Shown here piece by piece: positions 17,851 through 27,885 of a stretch of 64,000 bases of DNA. The position numbers were made by a program, and so were the translations under genes. Position 1 is the stretch's first letter. Every line of letters begins with the position of its first letter. The DNA comes from Allosphingosinicella sp. GTDB taxonomy: Bacteria; Pseudomonadota; Alphaproteobacteria; Sphingomonadales; Sphingomonadaceae. The stretch spans positions 11,782-75,781 of the forward strand of contig DASVRO010000064.1 of the NCBI GenBank assembly GCA_036388575.1, in the 5' to 3' direction. The notes beneath the pieces were generated by a model. That model did not search any database. It had not been told where the DNA came from and saw nothing but the letters and a program-made list of their open reading frames with translations.

Positions 17851-17967
17851 TTCCCCCCTCCCTGCACGCAGGGAGGGGCCGGGGGTGGGTGCGTCTCCGG
17901 AAAAGGCATTGCCGGATGGAGGCGTACCCACCCCTCGATCCCCTCCCTGCGTGCAGGGAGGGGAGGA
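17851..17967. repeat. REP-like composite palindromic element (family C)
   Basis: Terminal hairpins CCCTCCCTGCACGCAGGGAGGG / CCCTCCCTGCGTGCAGGGAGGG in inverted arrangement. Confidence 0.75.
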
Positions 17968-18549
17968 ATGAAGCTCGTCATCGTCGACGTCGGCTGCGGC
18001 AATATCGGCTCGGTGGGAATCGCGTTCGAGCGGTTCGGGATCGAGCCGCTCGTGACCGGCGCGGCGGAGGAGATCGCCTCGGCCGACAAGGTGGTCCTGC
18101 CCGGCGTCGGCGCCGCCGGCTATGCGATGGAGCAGATCGAGGCGCGCGGCCTCGCCCCCACGCTCCGGGCGCTCCGCCAGCCGGTGCTCGGGATCTGCCT
18201 GGGCATGCAGCTTCTCTTCGAAGCCAGCGAGGAGGAGAATGCTTCCTGTCTCGGAATCGTCCCCGGCCGGGTCCGGAGGCTCGAGCCGGAGCCGGGCCGG
18301 CCGGTCCCGCACATGGGCTGGAGCCGCCTCGACGTCCGCGACGAGAGCATCGGCCTTCGCACCGGCGACTATGTCTATTTCGCCCACAGCTTCGCCTGCG
18401 ATCCGGTGCCCGAAACGGTGGCGAGCGCGGACTATGGCCGCGACATCCCGGCGGTGGTGCGGAGCGGCAACTGGCTGGGCGCGCAATTCCACCCCGAGCG
18501 GTCGGGCGAGGCCGGCGCGCGCTTCCTGCGCTCCTGGCTCGGCCGATGA
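17968..18549 (+). CDS. hisH: Imidazole glycerol phosphate synthase glutaminase subunit
   Basis: LPGVG, GICLGMQ, PHMGW, YF.HSF, QFHPE. Confidence 0.95.
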   Translation: MKLVIVDVGCGNIGSVGIAFERFGIEPLVTGAAEEIASADKVVLPGVGAAGYAMEQIEARGLAPTLRALRQPVLGICLGMQLLFEASEEENASCLGIVPGRVRRLEPEPGRPVPHMGWSRLDVRDESIGLRTGDYVYFAHSFACDPVPETVASADYGRDIPAVVRSGNWLGAQFHPERSGEAGARFLRSWLGR

Positions 18550-19262
18550 TCCTCTATCCCGCCATGGACCTGATGGGCGGCACCGTCGTCCGGCTGGCGC
18601 AAGGCCGGTTCGAGGAGTCGACCGTCTATCCCGCCGATCCGGTCGAGGCGCTCGCCGGCTTCGCGGCGGCGGGCGCCGAATGGGCCCATGTCGTCGACCT
18701 CGACGGCGCCAGCGCCGGCGAGCCGGTGCAGCACGCTCTGATCGCCGGCCTCGCCCGCGAGGCGCCGCTCGGGCTGCAGGTCGCGGGCGGCTTCCGAACT
18801 CGCGACCATCTCGCCCGCATGTTCGATGCCGGAGTCGGCCGCATCGTCGTCGGCAGCCTCGCGGTGGACCGGCCGGACCTCGTTCGCGGCTTCTTCGAGG
18901 AGTTCGGAGGCGATCGGATCACCCTGTCGCTCGACGTCCGGCTGATCGACGGCCTGCCGATGGTCGCCACCGCCGGCTGGACCGAGGATTCCGGCCGCGG
19001 CCTTTGGGAGGTCGCTGAGCTCTATCCCGAGGCGCGCCACCTCCTCCTCACCGACATCGGCCGCGACGGAATGCTCGCCGGGCCCAATTTCGATTTGCTC
19101 GAGGAAGCCGCCGGACGCCTGCCCCACCTCGCCATCCAGGCCTCGGCCGGCGTTTCCTCGCTCGACGACCTGCGGCGCCTGCGCACCGCCGGAGCCATCG
19201 TCGGCAAGGCGCTGTGGGAAGGCCGGATCGACCTGGCGGAGGCACTCGATGCCTGCGCGTAG
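18546..19262 (+). CDS. hisA: ProFAR isomerase
   Basis: [35 protein letters not shown]. Confidence 0.94.
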   Translation: MILYPAMDLMGGTVVRLAQGRFEESTVYPADPVEALAGFAAAGAEWAHVVDLDGASAGEPVQHALIAGLAREAPLGLQVAGGFRTRDHLARMFDAGVGRIVVGSLAVDRPDLVRGFFEEFGGDRITLSLDVRLIDGLPMVATAGWTEDSGRGLWEVAELYPEARHLLLTDIGRDGMLAGPNFDLLEEAAGRLPHLAIQASAGVSSLDDLRRLRTAGAIVGKALWEGRIDLAEALDACA

Positions 19263-20013
19263 GATCATCCCCTGCCTCGACGTCAGGGATGGCCGGGTCG
19301 TCAAGGGCGTCCAGTTCCGCGATCATCGCGATGCCGGCGACATCGTCGAGAGCGCCGTCCGCTACAGCCGCGAAGGCGCCGACGAGCTGGTCTTCTACGA
19401 CATCGGCGCGAGCGCCGAGCGGCGGACGCTGGATCTCGACTGGGTCCGGCGGATCGCCCGCGTGATCGACATACCGTTCGCCGTCGCCGGCGGGGTGCGC
19501 ACCCGCGATCAGGCCGCCGCCTGCCTCGACGCCGGCGCCGACAAGGTCTCGGTCAACTCGCCCGCGCTCGAGCGCCCGGCGCTGATCGGCGAGCTCGCCC
19601 GCGACTTCGGAAGCCAGTGCGTCGTCGTCGGAGTGGACAGCTTCGAGGCCGAGGGCGACTATCGGGTCAAGCAATATACCGGCTCGCCCGACTCGACCCG
19701 CGACTCCGGCCGCCGGACGCTCGACTGGGTGCGCGAGGCGAGCGAGCGCGGCGCGGGCGAGATCGTGCTCAACTGCATGCGCCGCGACGGCGTCGGCGCC
19801 GGCTTCGACCTCATCCATACGGCCGCCGTCGTCGAGGCCGTCACGGTACCGGTGATCGCCTCGGGCGGGGCCGGCGCGCCGGAGCATTTCCGCGACGCCT
19901 TCGCCGCCGGCGCGAGCGGCGCGCTCGCCGCCACCGTCTTCCACGACCGCCTCATCGCGATCGCCGAGCTGAAGGAGTATCTTGCGTCATGCGGGATCGA
20001 AACGCGCCGCTGA
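19249..20013 (+). CDS. hisF: Imidazole glycerol phosphate synthase cyclase subunit
   Basis: [42 protein letters not shown]. Confidence 0.96.
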   Translation: MPARRIIPCLDVRDGRVVKGVQFRDHRDAGDIVESAVRYSREGADELVFYDIGASAERRTLDLDWVRRIARVIDIPFAVAGGVRTRDQAAACLDAGADKVSVNSPALERPALIGELARDFGSQCVVVGVDSFEAEGDYRVKQYTGSPDSTRDSGRRTLDWVREASERGAGEIVLNCMRRDGVGAGFDLIHTAAVVEAVTVPVIASGGAGAPEHFRDAFAAGASGALAATVFHDRLIAIAELKEYLASCGIETRR

Positions 20014-20621
20014 GCGAGGACGATATCGGCTCCCTCGCCTGGGACAAGATGGACGGGCTGCTTCCGGCGGTGGTCCAGGATTCGGCCACCGGCCAGGTGC
20101 TGATGCTCGGCTATATGAGCCGGGAGGCGCTCACCGCGACCTTCCAGAGGGGCCGCGCCGTCTTCCACAGCCGCTCCAAGGGACGGCAGTGGGAGAAAGG
20201 CGAGACGAGCGGCAATTGGCTGGCGGTCCGGGAGGTGCTCGCGGACTGCGACGGCGACGCGCTGCTCGTGAAGGCCGAGCCTGCCGGCCCGGCCTGCCAT
20301 CTCGGCACCGCGACCTGCTTCGGGGACGATGTGGAAGGTCCGGGTTTTCTGGGCGCCCTCAGCCGGATCGTCGCGGGTCGCGCCGGCGGCGACCCCGCGA
20401 CAAGCTATACCGCACGGCTCCTGGAAGAAGGGCCCGCGAAGATCGCCCAGAAGGTGGGTGAGGAAGGGGTCGAGCTAGCCCTGGCAGCCGTCAGCCGCGA
20501 TCGCCAGGGCTGTATCGAGGAAGCGGCCGACCTGCTTTACCATGTGACGGTCCTGATGGAGGCGCGGGGCTTCGGTTGGGACGATGTCGCCGCGGTGCTT
20601 CGCGAGCGGCATGGGGGCTGA
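19989..20621 (+). CDS. hisIE: Bifunctional phosphoribosyl-AMP cyclohydrolase / phosphoribosyl-ATP pyrophosphatase
   Basis: W.KGETSGN, DCDGD, GPACH.G..TCF, then [18 protein letters not shown]. Confidence 0.94.
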   Translation: MRDRNAPLSEDDIGSLAWDKMDGLLPAVVQDSATGQVLMLGYMSREALTATFQRGRAVFHSRSKGRQWEKGETSGNWLAVREVLADCDGDALLVKAEPAGPACHLGTATCFGDDVEGPGFLGALSRIVAGRAGGDPATSYTARLLEEGPAKIAQKVGEEGVELALAAVSRDRQGCIEEAADLLYHVTVLMEARGFGWDDVAAVLRERHGG

Positions 20622-20764
20622 ATTCCTCTCCCGTCCTTCACGGGAGAGGAGGGGCCCAAGCCGAAGGCTTGGGAGGTCAGGGTCTTGCTGAGTCCGAAGT
20701 ACAGACCCTCACCTCCCACCGCTTCGCGGCGGGCCCCTCCTCTCCCGTAAGGACGGGAGAGGAA
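20621..20764. repeat. REP-like composite palindromic element (family B), between convergent hisIE and hisN
   Basis: CCTCTCCCGTCCTTCACGGGAGAGG...GGGCCCCTCCTCTCCCGTAAGGACGGGAGAGG; near-identical copy at 56167-56305. Confidence 0.85.
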
Positions 20765-20777
20765 AGCAAGAGCAAGC

Positions 20778-21569
20778 CTAGCCGCCGAGCAGGCGGCACG
20801 CCTCTTCGAGCAAAGCCTCGTTGGCGGCGGCGATTATCTGCCCCGCGCTCAGGTCGGTGCCGCCGCTCCAGTTCGACACCGCTCCGCCCGCCGCCCGGAC
20901 GAGTGGCACCAGGGCATTGTAGTCGTGCGGCTTGAGGCCCGATTCGGCGACGATGTCGAGGCTTCCGGCGGCGACGAGCGCGTAGCCGTAGGCGTCGAGG
21001 CCGTAGCGCGTGAGGCGCGCCGCGCGCCGGAGCCGCTCGAAGCCTTGCGCTTCGGCGCCTTCGAAGAGGTAGGGATCGGTCGTCGACAGCCGCGCCTCCT
21101 CCACGCGCCGGCAGGCGCTGGCGGCAAGGCGCCGCTCCTCGTTGCCGCCGCCGAACATCCAGGCGCCGCCGTCATGGCCGAGATAGAGCTCGTCCAGCCG
21201 GGGCACGTCGACCAGCCCGAGCACCGGCTCGCCCTCGTCGAGCAGCGCGATCAAGGTGGTCCAGCTCGGCAGGCCGCAAACATAGGCGCGGGTGCCGTCG
21301 ATCGGATCGAGAGACCAGGACCAGCGCGATCCGGCCGGCCGGTCGGGCAGTTCCTCGCCCTTTATGCCGTGATCCGGAAAGCGGTCCTCGATCAGGCGCC
21401 GCATCGCCCTTTCCGAATTACGGTCGTTCTCGGTGACCGGATCGAACCCGTCGGCCAGCTTGTTCTGAACGCCGGCAAGGTCGGCGGCACAGCCGGGCAG
21501 CGTCTCCCGCCGCGCCGCCCGGGCGAGCGAGCGGGCGAAGGCGGCGAAGGTCTCGGGATCTTCGGCCAT
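20778..21569 (-). CDS. hisN: Inositol-monophosphatase-family histidinol-phosphate phosphatase
   Basis: DPVT..DR..E, GEE, W.LDPIDGTR, D.YGYAL.A.G, ESGLKP.D; next to the his operon. Confidence 0.85.
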   Translation of the reverse strand: MAEDPETFAAFARSLARAARRETLPGCAADLAGVQNKLADGFDPVTENDRNSERAMRRLIEDRFPDHGIKGEELPDRPAGSRWSWSLDPIDGTRAYVCGLPSWTTLIALLDEGEPVLGLVDVPRLDELYLGHDGGAWMFGGGNEERRLAASACRRVEEARLSTTDPYLFEGAEAQGFERLRRAARLTRYGLDAYGYALVAAGSLDIVAESGLKPHDYNALVPLVRAAGGAVSNWSGGTDLSAGQIIAAANEALLEEACRLLGG

Positions 21570-21827
21570 TCGTCCGCCCTACAAGGCGCGACCGGGGCGT
21601 CAAAGCGGATTTGCGCCGGAGCCGCTCCGGCCGTCACGAGGCTGCAACACCGCGCCGCTAAGCGCGAGCCAGCACAGGGAAAGGTTCGGTCATGCGCCAC
21701 CGTCATCAAGGTCAGGCCCGTCCGGCGGAGCGACCTCTCGAGCCGAGCCGCGGCGGCTGGGCCTTGTTCGGTCGACTGCTCATCTGGTCGACCCGCAACA
21801 GCCGGCGCGAGGATTGATCTTCCGGCG

Positions 21828-22019
21828 TCAGTCGGGCGGCCTCTGGGCGAGACCCTTCTCCGCGGGTCCGTCGTCCCCGCCTTGAGCCGCATTGTCGATT
21901 TCGCTCGCCGGGCCGGAGTCGCCGCCGCCCTTCTCGATAATGGTCTCGCCGCCGCGCCACTTGGAGCGGGCCTTTGCTTCGTCGTGGAGGGGCAGGTCGC
22001 GGTCGGCTTCGCTGGTCAT
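21828..22019 (-). CDS. Small acidic/Gly-rich hypothetical protein
   Basis: 63-aa ORF filling the hisN-porin gap; possible EcfG-type promoter just upstream. Confidence 0.45.
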   Translation of the reverse strand: MTSEADRDLPLHDEAKARSKWRGGETIIEKGGGDSGPASEIDNAAQGGDDGPAEKGLAQRPPD

Positions 22020-22061
22020 GGATATTGAACGCCTTTGTCGCCGCGGCGATCCCGGCCCGGC

Positions 22062-23420
22062 CTAGAAGTCGACCTGCGCGCGGGCCCCGAACACGTCGAT
22101 GCCGTAGTCGCGGTCGCCGCCCGCCGCCGCGATCGCCGAATCGTCGTAGCGCAGGTGGCCGTAGTTGAGGAGGAAGCGGACATGGTCCTGGGCGATCCAG
22201 ACCAGCGAGGCTTCGTAGCCGCGCTGGCGGCCGCCGACGATGCCGCCGTCGGTGAGATCGAGATGATCGTAGCGCAGGTTGATCTGCAACGCCCCGGCGC
22301 CGCCGTCGCCGACCGGCCGCCGCACCTTCGTCCGGTCCCAGCGCCCGGCCTTGTAGCCGCGGCTCTCGCCGGTCAGGAACCAGCCGATCTCCGCATAGCC
22401 GCCGAAGAAGGTCGGGCTGAGGCCCGGAGTCAGCGTATCCGCGCTCAGCCAGTGCGCCTCGGCGACGGCGTGGAACGGCCCCCGCACCAGCGCCGCCTCG
22501 ATCCCGTAATTCGTCTCGGCTCCGACCCTGAGGTTCGGAGTGGCGAGGAAGCGGGTGTTGCTGGTGTGGACGAAGGGCCGCTGCCGGTAGCGGGTCGCCG
22601 GCCCGGATGCCGCCGTATCGCCATTGTCGCGCCAGTGCGCCGAGGCGCCGAGGTGGAGCTGGGTCCTTCCCACCTTGGGGGCATAGACGAGCCGGCCGTC
22701 GACGCTCGCCGCGTCGTTCTCGTCGCCGAGCCCGACCGCGTCCTGGGCGTCGGCGAGGTCCTCGATATTGTCGGTGAAGACTCCGCCCTGGGCGATGAGA
22801 TCGCCCTTCGTCCAGGTGGCTGAAAGGCCGATCCGGCGCTCGAAGTTGAACGCGTCGGTGAAGGCCGCCCGCTCGAGGAAGGAGATGAAGCGCGAGCTGG
22901 TCAGCTCCTCCATCGACTGGAAATTGTTGTGCTGCCCGAGCGTCACTGAGAGCGGCTTCGACGCCTTGTAGCTCAGGAAGGCGTCGGTGATCTCGACCTC
23001 GTTGTTGGCGAAATCGACCTCGATCTTGTAGCCGAAGCCGCCGGGGATGGAGCCTTCGGCGCCGATCCTGGCCCGCCGCGCCTCGTTGCCGAATCCGAGG
23101 CCGCGATCGTTGACTCCGCTCGGGCTCTCGACCCAGCCGGCGTCATATTGAAGCCTGCCGAACGGCTTGAAGGTGATTCCGCCGCCGCCCTTCGGCGCCG
23201 CCGCGGAGGCTTCGGCGCCGGGTGCGGAAGCGGTCGCGACCGGCGCGGGCGCGTTTCGAGCCGACTTCAGCTCGGCGACCTCGGCACGCAGCGCGGCGAT
23301 TTCGGCCCGCATCGCCGCCAGATCGGCGGCGACGTCGGCGGGAACCGGCTCACCGGCGGCCAGGGCCGGAGTGGCGACGGTCGTTGCCAGGAGGATGGCG
23401 AGGAAGGTGGCCTTGGCCAT
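22062..23420 (-). CDS. OprO/OprP-family phosphate-selective porin
   Basis: Signal peptide, coiled coil, GRLQYD, RRARIG, S.RFISFLERA, terminal Phe; Pho box upstream. Confidence 0.88.
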   Translation of the reverse strand: MAKATFLAILLATTVATPALAAGEPVPADVAADLAAMRAEIAALRAEVAELKSARNAPAPVATASAPGAEASAAAPKGGGGITFKPFGRLQYDAGWVESPSGVNDRGLGFGNEARRARIGAEGSIPGGFGYKIEVDFANNEVEITDAFLSYKASKPLSVTLGQHNNFQSMEELTSSRFISFLERAAFTDAFNFERRIGLSATWTKGDLIAQGGVFTDNIEDLADAQDAVGLGDENDAASVDGRLVYAPKVGRTQLHLGASAHWRDNGDTAASGPATRYRQRPFVHTSNTRFLATPNLRVGAETNYGIEAALVRGPFHAVAEAHWLSADTLTPGLSPTFFGGYAEIGWFLTGESRGYKAGRWDRTKVRRPVGDGGAGALQINLRYDHLDLTDGGIVGGRQRGYEASLVWIAQDHVRFLLNYGHLRYDDSAIAAAGGDRDYGIDVFGARAQVDF

Positions 23421-23477
23421 GCGGCTGCTCCCGTTGAGATGGATGGGACAGGTTTAAGACCGCCCTATTGCCGTTCC

Positions 23478-23506
23478 GCGACAGCCTGGTGACATTTTTA
23501 TGACGA
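23478..23506 (-). promoter_or_regulatory. Pho box (3 half-sites) for the porin gene
   Basis: Minus strand TCGTCAT-AAAA-ATGTCAC-CAGG-CTGTCGC, 11-bp period. Confidence 0.8.
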
Positions 23507-23520
23507 GTTCATTCCTTTTT

Positions 23521-23538
23521 TCGTCACACAGGCGTAAT
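23521..23538 (+). promoter_or_regulatory. Probable Pho box for the TPR-phoR transcript
   Basis: TCGTCAC-ACAG-GCGTAAT. Confidence 0.5.
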
Positions 23539-23574
23539 GAGGCAGGGCCGTGCCGACGCAGGCGGAGACGAAAG

Positions 23575-23961
23575 ATGAGGAAGTCCGCACTGGCCGCCCT
23601 TGCCGCGATCGCGGTTTCAGCCTGCGCCGGCAAGCAGCCGGGACTGATGGTCGAGCAGGGATATCAGCGGGGCGCCCTCGGCGTCGCCGCCATCGACCGC
23701 GGCGACTGGACCGCCGCCGAGACCCAGCTGAGCGAGCTGCGCGGCATCCGCTCCGACGATCCCGCCCGTCTCATCAATCTCGGCGCGGTCTATGCGGAGA
23801 CGGGACGAGTCGAAGACGCCGTGACCGTCTGGCGGCTGGCCCTCGAATCGAAGCGCCAGTTCGAGGTGGTCACCGCCGAAGGCCGGGTCGTGACGACGGA
23901 TCAGCTCGCCCGCGAGGCCCTCGCCCTCTACCGGCCGGCCCTCCGGACCGCCGCCCGCTAG
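23575..23961 (+). CDS. Small TPR lipoprotein
   Basis: Lipobox-like VSAC; TPR-like DPARLINLGAVYAETGR..DA. Confidence 0.75.
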   Translation: MRKSALAALAAIAVSACAGKQPGLMVEQGYQRGALGVAAIDRGDWTAAETQLSELRGIRSDDPARLINLGAVYAETGRVEDAVTVWRLALESKRQFEVVTAEGRVVTTDQLAREALALYRPALRTAAR

Positions 23962-23995
23962 AACTCAGCCCCACAAGCCCGCTACAGGCGGGTCC

Positions 23996-25231
23996 ATGGC
24001 TTTGCGAATTCCCCAGCGTCTGCTTGCCGCCGGCGTCATCGTAGCGACCGCGATCGGCGGTGCGCTGCTTGCCGGGGGAGCCTTGTGGGCGGCGCTCATC
24101 GGCCTCATCGGCGGCGCCGCGGCCGTCCTGGTCGGCTGGCGGGCGCATTTCTTCCCGGAGCCGGTCGCGCCGCCGCCGCCGCCCGAAAACGGTCGCGAGC
24201 GCTGGGCGCGCGAGATCGTCGGAGCGATGCCCGGGCCGATGCTTCTGATCGAGGGCGGCCGGATCGTCGTCGCCAACCCGGCCGCGAAGGAATTGCTCGG
24301 CCAGTGGATCGAGGGCCAGGACGCGAGGCTCGCCATGCGCCATCCGGCGACGGTGGAGCGGCTGTCGCGGCCGTCGCCGTCCGAGGGCGGGCTCGAGCAG
24401 GTCGAGGTCGTCGGCCTCGGCCACGCCGACCGGCGCTGGCTGATGACGATCGCCACCCTCGCGGACGGCTCCCGCCTCGTCCATCTCGAAGATCGCAGCG
24501 AGGCGATCGCCGCCGAGCGGATGCGGGTCGATTTCGTCGCCAATGCAAGCCACGAGCTTCGAACGCCGCTCGCCACCATCCTCGGCTTCATCGAGACTCT
24601 CCAGGACAGGGACACGGCCGAGGATTCGGAGGTCAGGGAGCGGTTCCTCGCCCTGATGCACGGCGAGGGCAAGCGCATGCAGCAGCTCATCGAGGATCTG
24701 ATGTCGCTGTCCCGGATCGAGGCGGAGCGGTTCAACCCGCCGCGCGCCGCCGTCGATCTCGTCCAGCTGGTGGAGGAGGTGCGGGCGGGCTGCGCGCAGC
24801 TGCTTCGCGAACGGTCGAACGAGCTCGTCCTCGAGAACCGCACCGACTCGACAATCGTCTCCGGCGACAGGGCGCAATTGCTTCAGCTGATCCGCAACCT
24901 GGTCGTCAACGCGGTCAAATACGGCCGGGCGGAATCGCCGGTGACGGTCGTCCTCGAGGACGAGGGTGCGCAGATGATCCGGATCGCAATCGCCGACCGC
25001 GGCGAGGGGATCGCCGCCGAGCATCTGCCGCGGCTGACCGAGCGTTTCTATCGGGTCGATGCCGGCCGCAGCCGGGCGGTGGGCGGAACCGGGCTGGGGC
25101 TCGCCATCGTCAAGCATATCGTCAGCCGCCACCGCGGTCGGCTGGACATCCGAAGCGTGGTCGGCGAGGGGACCAATGTGCTCGTCTCGCTGCCGCGCGC
25201 GCAGGAGCCGCAACCGCCGCCATTGTCATGA
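23996..25231 (+). CDS. phoR: Phosphate regulon sensor histidine kinase
   Basis: 2 TM, PAS-like region, DFVANASHELRTPL, NL..NAVKY, D.GEGI, ERFYRVD..RSR..GGTGLGLAIVKH. Confidence 0.93.
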   Translation: MALRIPQRLLAAGVIVATAIGGALLAGGALWAALIGLIGGAAAVLVGWRAHFFPEPVAPPPPPENGRERWAREIVGAMPGPMLLIEGGRIVVANPAAKELLGQWIEGQDARLAMRHPATVERLSRPSPSEGGLEQVEVVGLGHADRRWLMTIATLADGSRLVHLEDRSEAIAAERMRVDFVANASHELRTPLATILGFIETLQDRDTAEDSEVRERFLALMHGEGKRMQQLIEDLMSLSRIEAERFNPPRAAVDLVQLVEEVRAGCAQLLRERSNELVLENRTDSTIVSGDRAQLLQLIRNLVVNAVKYGRAESPVTVVLEDEGAQMIRIAIADRGEGIAAEHLPRLTERFYRVDAGRSRAVGGTGLGLAIVKHIVSRHRGRLDIRSVVGEGTNVLVSLPRAQEPQPPPLS

Positions 25232-25251
25232 AACCGTCATGCAAGAGTCAC
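25223..25251 (+). promoter_or_regulatory. Pho box (3 half-sites) for pstS
   Basis: TTGTCAT-GAAA-CCGTCAT-GCAA-GAGTCAC. Confidence 0.85.
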
Positions 25252-25320
25252 AGGACTCACGCCGAACCGACCTAGGGAGGTCGCCGGGGCCCGCTACCGC
25301 AGGGTTCGATGGAGGCACGA

Positions 25321-26352
25321 ATGAAGAAGAGCTATTTTGCCGCGGCCGCCGCTCTGGCGCTTGCCGGCTGCGGGCAGCAATCCGGGGGAACGCAGGGTCA
25401 GCAGATCCAGATCGTCGGCTCCTCGACGGTCTATCCGTTCACGACGGCGGTCGCCGAGCAGTTCCAGCGCACCCATCCAGGGATGAGCGCGATCGTCGAA
25501 TCGACGGGCACGGGGGCCGGCCTGAAGCTGTTCTGCGCCGGCGTCGGCGACCAGCATCCGGACATGACCAACGCCTCGCGCAGGATCAAGGTGTCCGAAT
25601 TTCAGGATTGCGCGAAGAACGGCGTACGGCAGGTCATCGAGGTCCCGGTCGGAATCGACGGCCTGGCGCTGATCGAAGGCAAGACCGGCGGCGGCATGAG
25701 CCTGACCGTCCGCGACATCTACGCGGCGCTGGCGGCGAACCCGTTCGGCAAGCCCAACACGGCGAAGACCTGGAAGGACGTCAATCCGGCGCTTCCGGCC
25801 GTGGCCATCCAGGTCTACGGCCCGCCGCCGACGTCCGGCACGCGCGACAGCCTCGCCGAGCTGATCCTCGAGAAGGGCTGCGAGAGCGACCCGGCGATGA
25901 AGGCGCTCAAGGAGAGCGACAAGGACAAGCATAAGGACCTGTGCACGAAGGTCCGCGAGGACGGCGCCTATGTCGAGGCGGGCGAGAACGACAACCTCCT
26001 CGTCCAGAAGGTCGCCGCCAATGCGGGCGCGATCGGAGTCCTCGGCTATTCCTTCCTCGAGGAGAATGCCGACAAGGTGAGGGGCATCCCGCTCGGCGGA
26101 GTCGCCCCGACGGCGGAGACCATCTCCAGCCTCACCTATCCCGGCGCCCGCCAGCTCTACCTCTACGCGAAGGGCGAGCATCTGAACGTCATCCCGGGCA
26201 TGCGCGAGTTCCTCGCCGAATATGCCCGCGCCTGGGCCAAGGGCGGCTATCTCGAGCGGCGCGGCCTCATCCCCTCGCCGGCGGACGTCCAGTCGAAGGG
26301 CTCCGAGGCGGCGACCCGGCACGCGCCGATGACGGCGGACGGGCTGAAGTGA
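25321..26352 (+). CDS. pstS: Phosphate ABC transporter substrate-binding lipoprotein
   Basis: LAGC lipobox, GSSTVYP, ESTGTG.G, NASR, GPPPTSGTRD. Confidence 0.93.
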   Translation: MKKSYFAAAAALALAGCGQQSGGTQGQQIQIVGSSTVYPFTTAVAEQFQRTHPGMSAIVESTGTGAGLKLFCAGVGDQHPDMTNASRRIKVSEFQDCAKNGVRQVIEVPVGIDGLALIEGKTGGGMSLTVRDIYAALAANPFGKPNTAKTWKDVNPALPAVAIQVYGPPPTSGTRDSLAELILEKGCESDPAMKALKESDKDKHKDLCTKVREDGAYVEAGENDNLLVQKVAANAGAIGVLGYSFLEENADKVRGIPLGGVAPTAETISSLTYPGARQLYLYAKGEHLNVIPGMREFLAEYARAWAKGGYLERRGLIPSPADVQSKGSEAATRHAPMTADGLK

Positions 26353-26366
26353 GGATGATGAGTCCC

Positions 26367-26495
26367 AATTCCTCCCCCGGATTTCCGGGGGAGGGGGACC
26401 GCGCGAAGCGCGGTGGAGGGGTTCTTCGGAGTCAGCAAGGCCCCTCCACCATGCTTCGCATGGTCCCCCTCCCCTGCAAATGCAGGGGAGGATTT
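26367..26495. repeat. REP-like composite palindromic element (family A)
   Basis: CCTCCCCCGGATTTCCGGGGGAGGGGGACCGCGCGAAGCGCGGTGGAGGGG...CCCCTCCACC...GGTCCCCCTCCCC...GGGGAGGA; five related copies in the window. Confidence 0.88.
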
Positions 26496-26502
26496 TAAGC
26501 CC

Positions 26503-27885
26503 ATGACCCCCCTCGCCGTCTTCATCACGATCCTCGGCCTCGGCTTGCTCGCCTGGCTGTCGGGCCGCGCGCGCGCCATGGCCTTCGCCGCGCCCGGCGC
26601 GCCGCGGCTCCATTCGCTGCCCGGCTACCATGGCTGGTACGTGGCGATCTGGGCGGCGGTGCCGGCCTTGCTGTTCCTGCTGCTGTGGGTGCCGCTGACC
26701 GACCGCCTGGTCATGGATGCGGTGACGAGCAGCCCGGCCGCCGCTCAGCTGCCGCCGTTCGAGATGCAGCGCAACGCCATCTACCAGGAGACTCGCGAGC
26801 TGGCGCAGGGGCTGCGCCAGTCGAGCTTCTACCCCGAAGCGCGGGAGCTCGCCCCGGTCTACGCGGCGGCGGAAGGGCGCTACCGCCTGATCGGCACGAT
26901 CGCGGCACTCATGCTCGCCTTCGCCGGCGGCGCCTTCGCCTACAGCCGCCTCGGCCCCGCCTTTCGCGCCCGCACCCGGGTCGAGCGGCTGGTGATGGGG
27001 ACCCTGTTGCTGGCTTCGCTGATCGCGATCCTCACCACCCTCGGGATCGTCCTGTCGCTTATCTTCGAGTCGGTGCGCTTCTTCAGCATGGTGTCGCCGG
27101 TCGAGTTCCTGTTCGGAACCAACTGGAGCCCGCAGACGGCGATGCGGGCCGACCAGGCCGGCTCGTCCGGCGCGTTCGGCGCCATTCCGCTCTTCTGGGG
27201 AACGGTGTTCATCGGCGCGATCATCGCGATGATCGTCGCTATCCCGCTCGGACTGATGAGCGCCATCTACCTCACCCAATACGCCCGCCCGGTCGTGCGC
27301 CGCTGGATGAAGCCGCTGCTCGAGATGCTCGCCGGCGTACCCACCGTCGTCTACGGCTATTTCGCAGCGCTGACCGTCGCTCCCGCGATCCGCGATTTCG
27401 GCCAGTCGATCGGCATCCCCTCGTCTTCGGAAAGCGCTCTGGCGGCAGGCCTCGTCATGGGCATCATGATCATCCCCTTCGTCTCCTCGATGGCCGACGA
27501 TTCGCTCACCGCCGTTCCGCAATCGATGCGCGACGGTTCGCTGGCGATGGGGGCGACGACTTCCGAGACGATCCGCAAGGTGCTCGTCCCGGCCGCTCTC
27601 CCCGGCATCGTCGGCGGAGTGCTGCTCGCGGTGAGCCGCGCGATCGGCGAGACGATGATCGTCGTCATGGCGGCGGGCCTGTCGGCCAACCTCACGGCCA
27701 ATCCGTTCGCCAGCGTCACCACCGTGACGACCCAGATCGTCCAGCTGCTGACTGGCGACCAGGAATTCGACAGCCCCAAGACCCTCGCCGCCTTCGCGCT
27801 CGGGCTGGTGCTGTTCATCGTCACTTTGCTCCTCAACATCGTCGCCCTGCGCGTCGTGAAGAAATATCGCGAAGCCTATGACTGA
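26503..27885 (+). CDS. pstC: Phosphate ABC transporter permease
   Basis: KP.LE.LAG.PTVVYG, SRAIGETMIV; ATG 26503 (the ORF-track N-terminal extension is repeat-derived). Confidence 0.94.
   Translation: MTPLAVFITILGLGLLAWLSGRARAMAFAAPGAPRLHSLPGYHGWYVAIWAAVPALLFLLLWVPLTDRLVMDAVTSSPAAAQLPPFEMQRNAIYQETRELAQGLRQSSFYPEARELAPVYAAAEGRYRLIGTIAALMLAFAGGAFAYSRLGPAFRARTRVERLVMGTLLLASLIAILTTLGIVLSLIFESVRFFSMVSPVEFLFGTNWSPQTAMRADQAGSSGAFGAIPLFWGTVFIGAIIAMIVAIPLGLMSAIYLTQYARPVVRRWMKPLLEMLAGVPTVVYGYFAALTVAPAIRDFGQSIGIPSSSESALAAGLVMGIMIIPFVSSMADDSLTAVPQSMRDGSLAMGATTSETIRKVLVPAALPGIVGGVLLAVSRAIGETMIVVMAAGLSANLTANPFASVTTVTTQIVQLLTGDQEFDSPKTLAAFALGLVLFIVTLLLNIVALRVVKKYREAYD

Noticed and set aside
21570-21827. 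Possible ncRNA or riboswitch in the gap upstream of hisN
   Set aside because: No recognisable conserved motif by eye; would need an Rfam search
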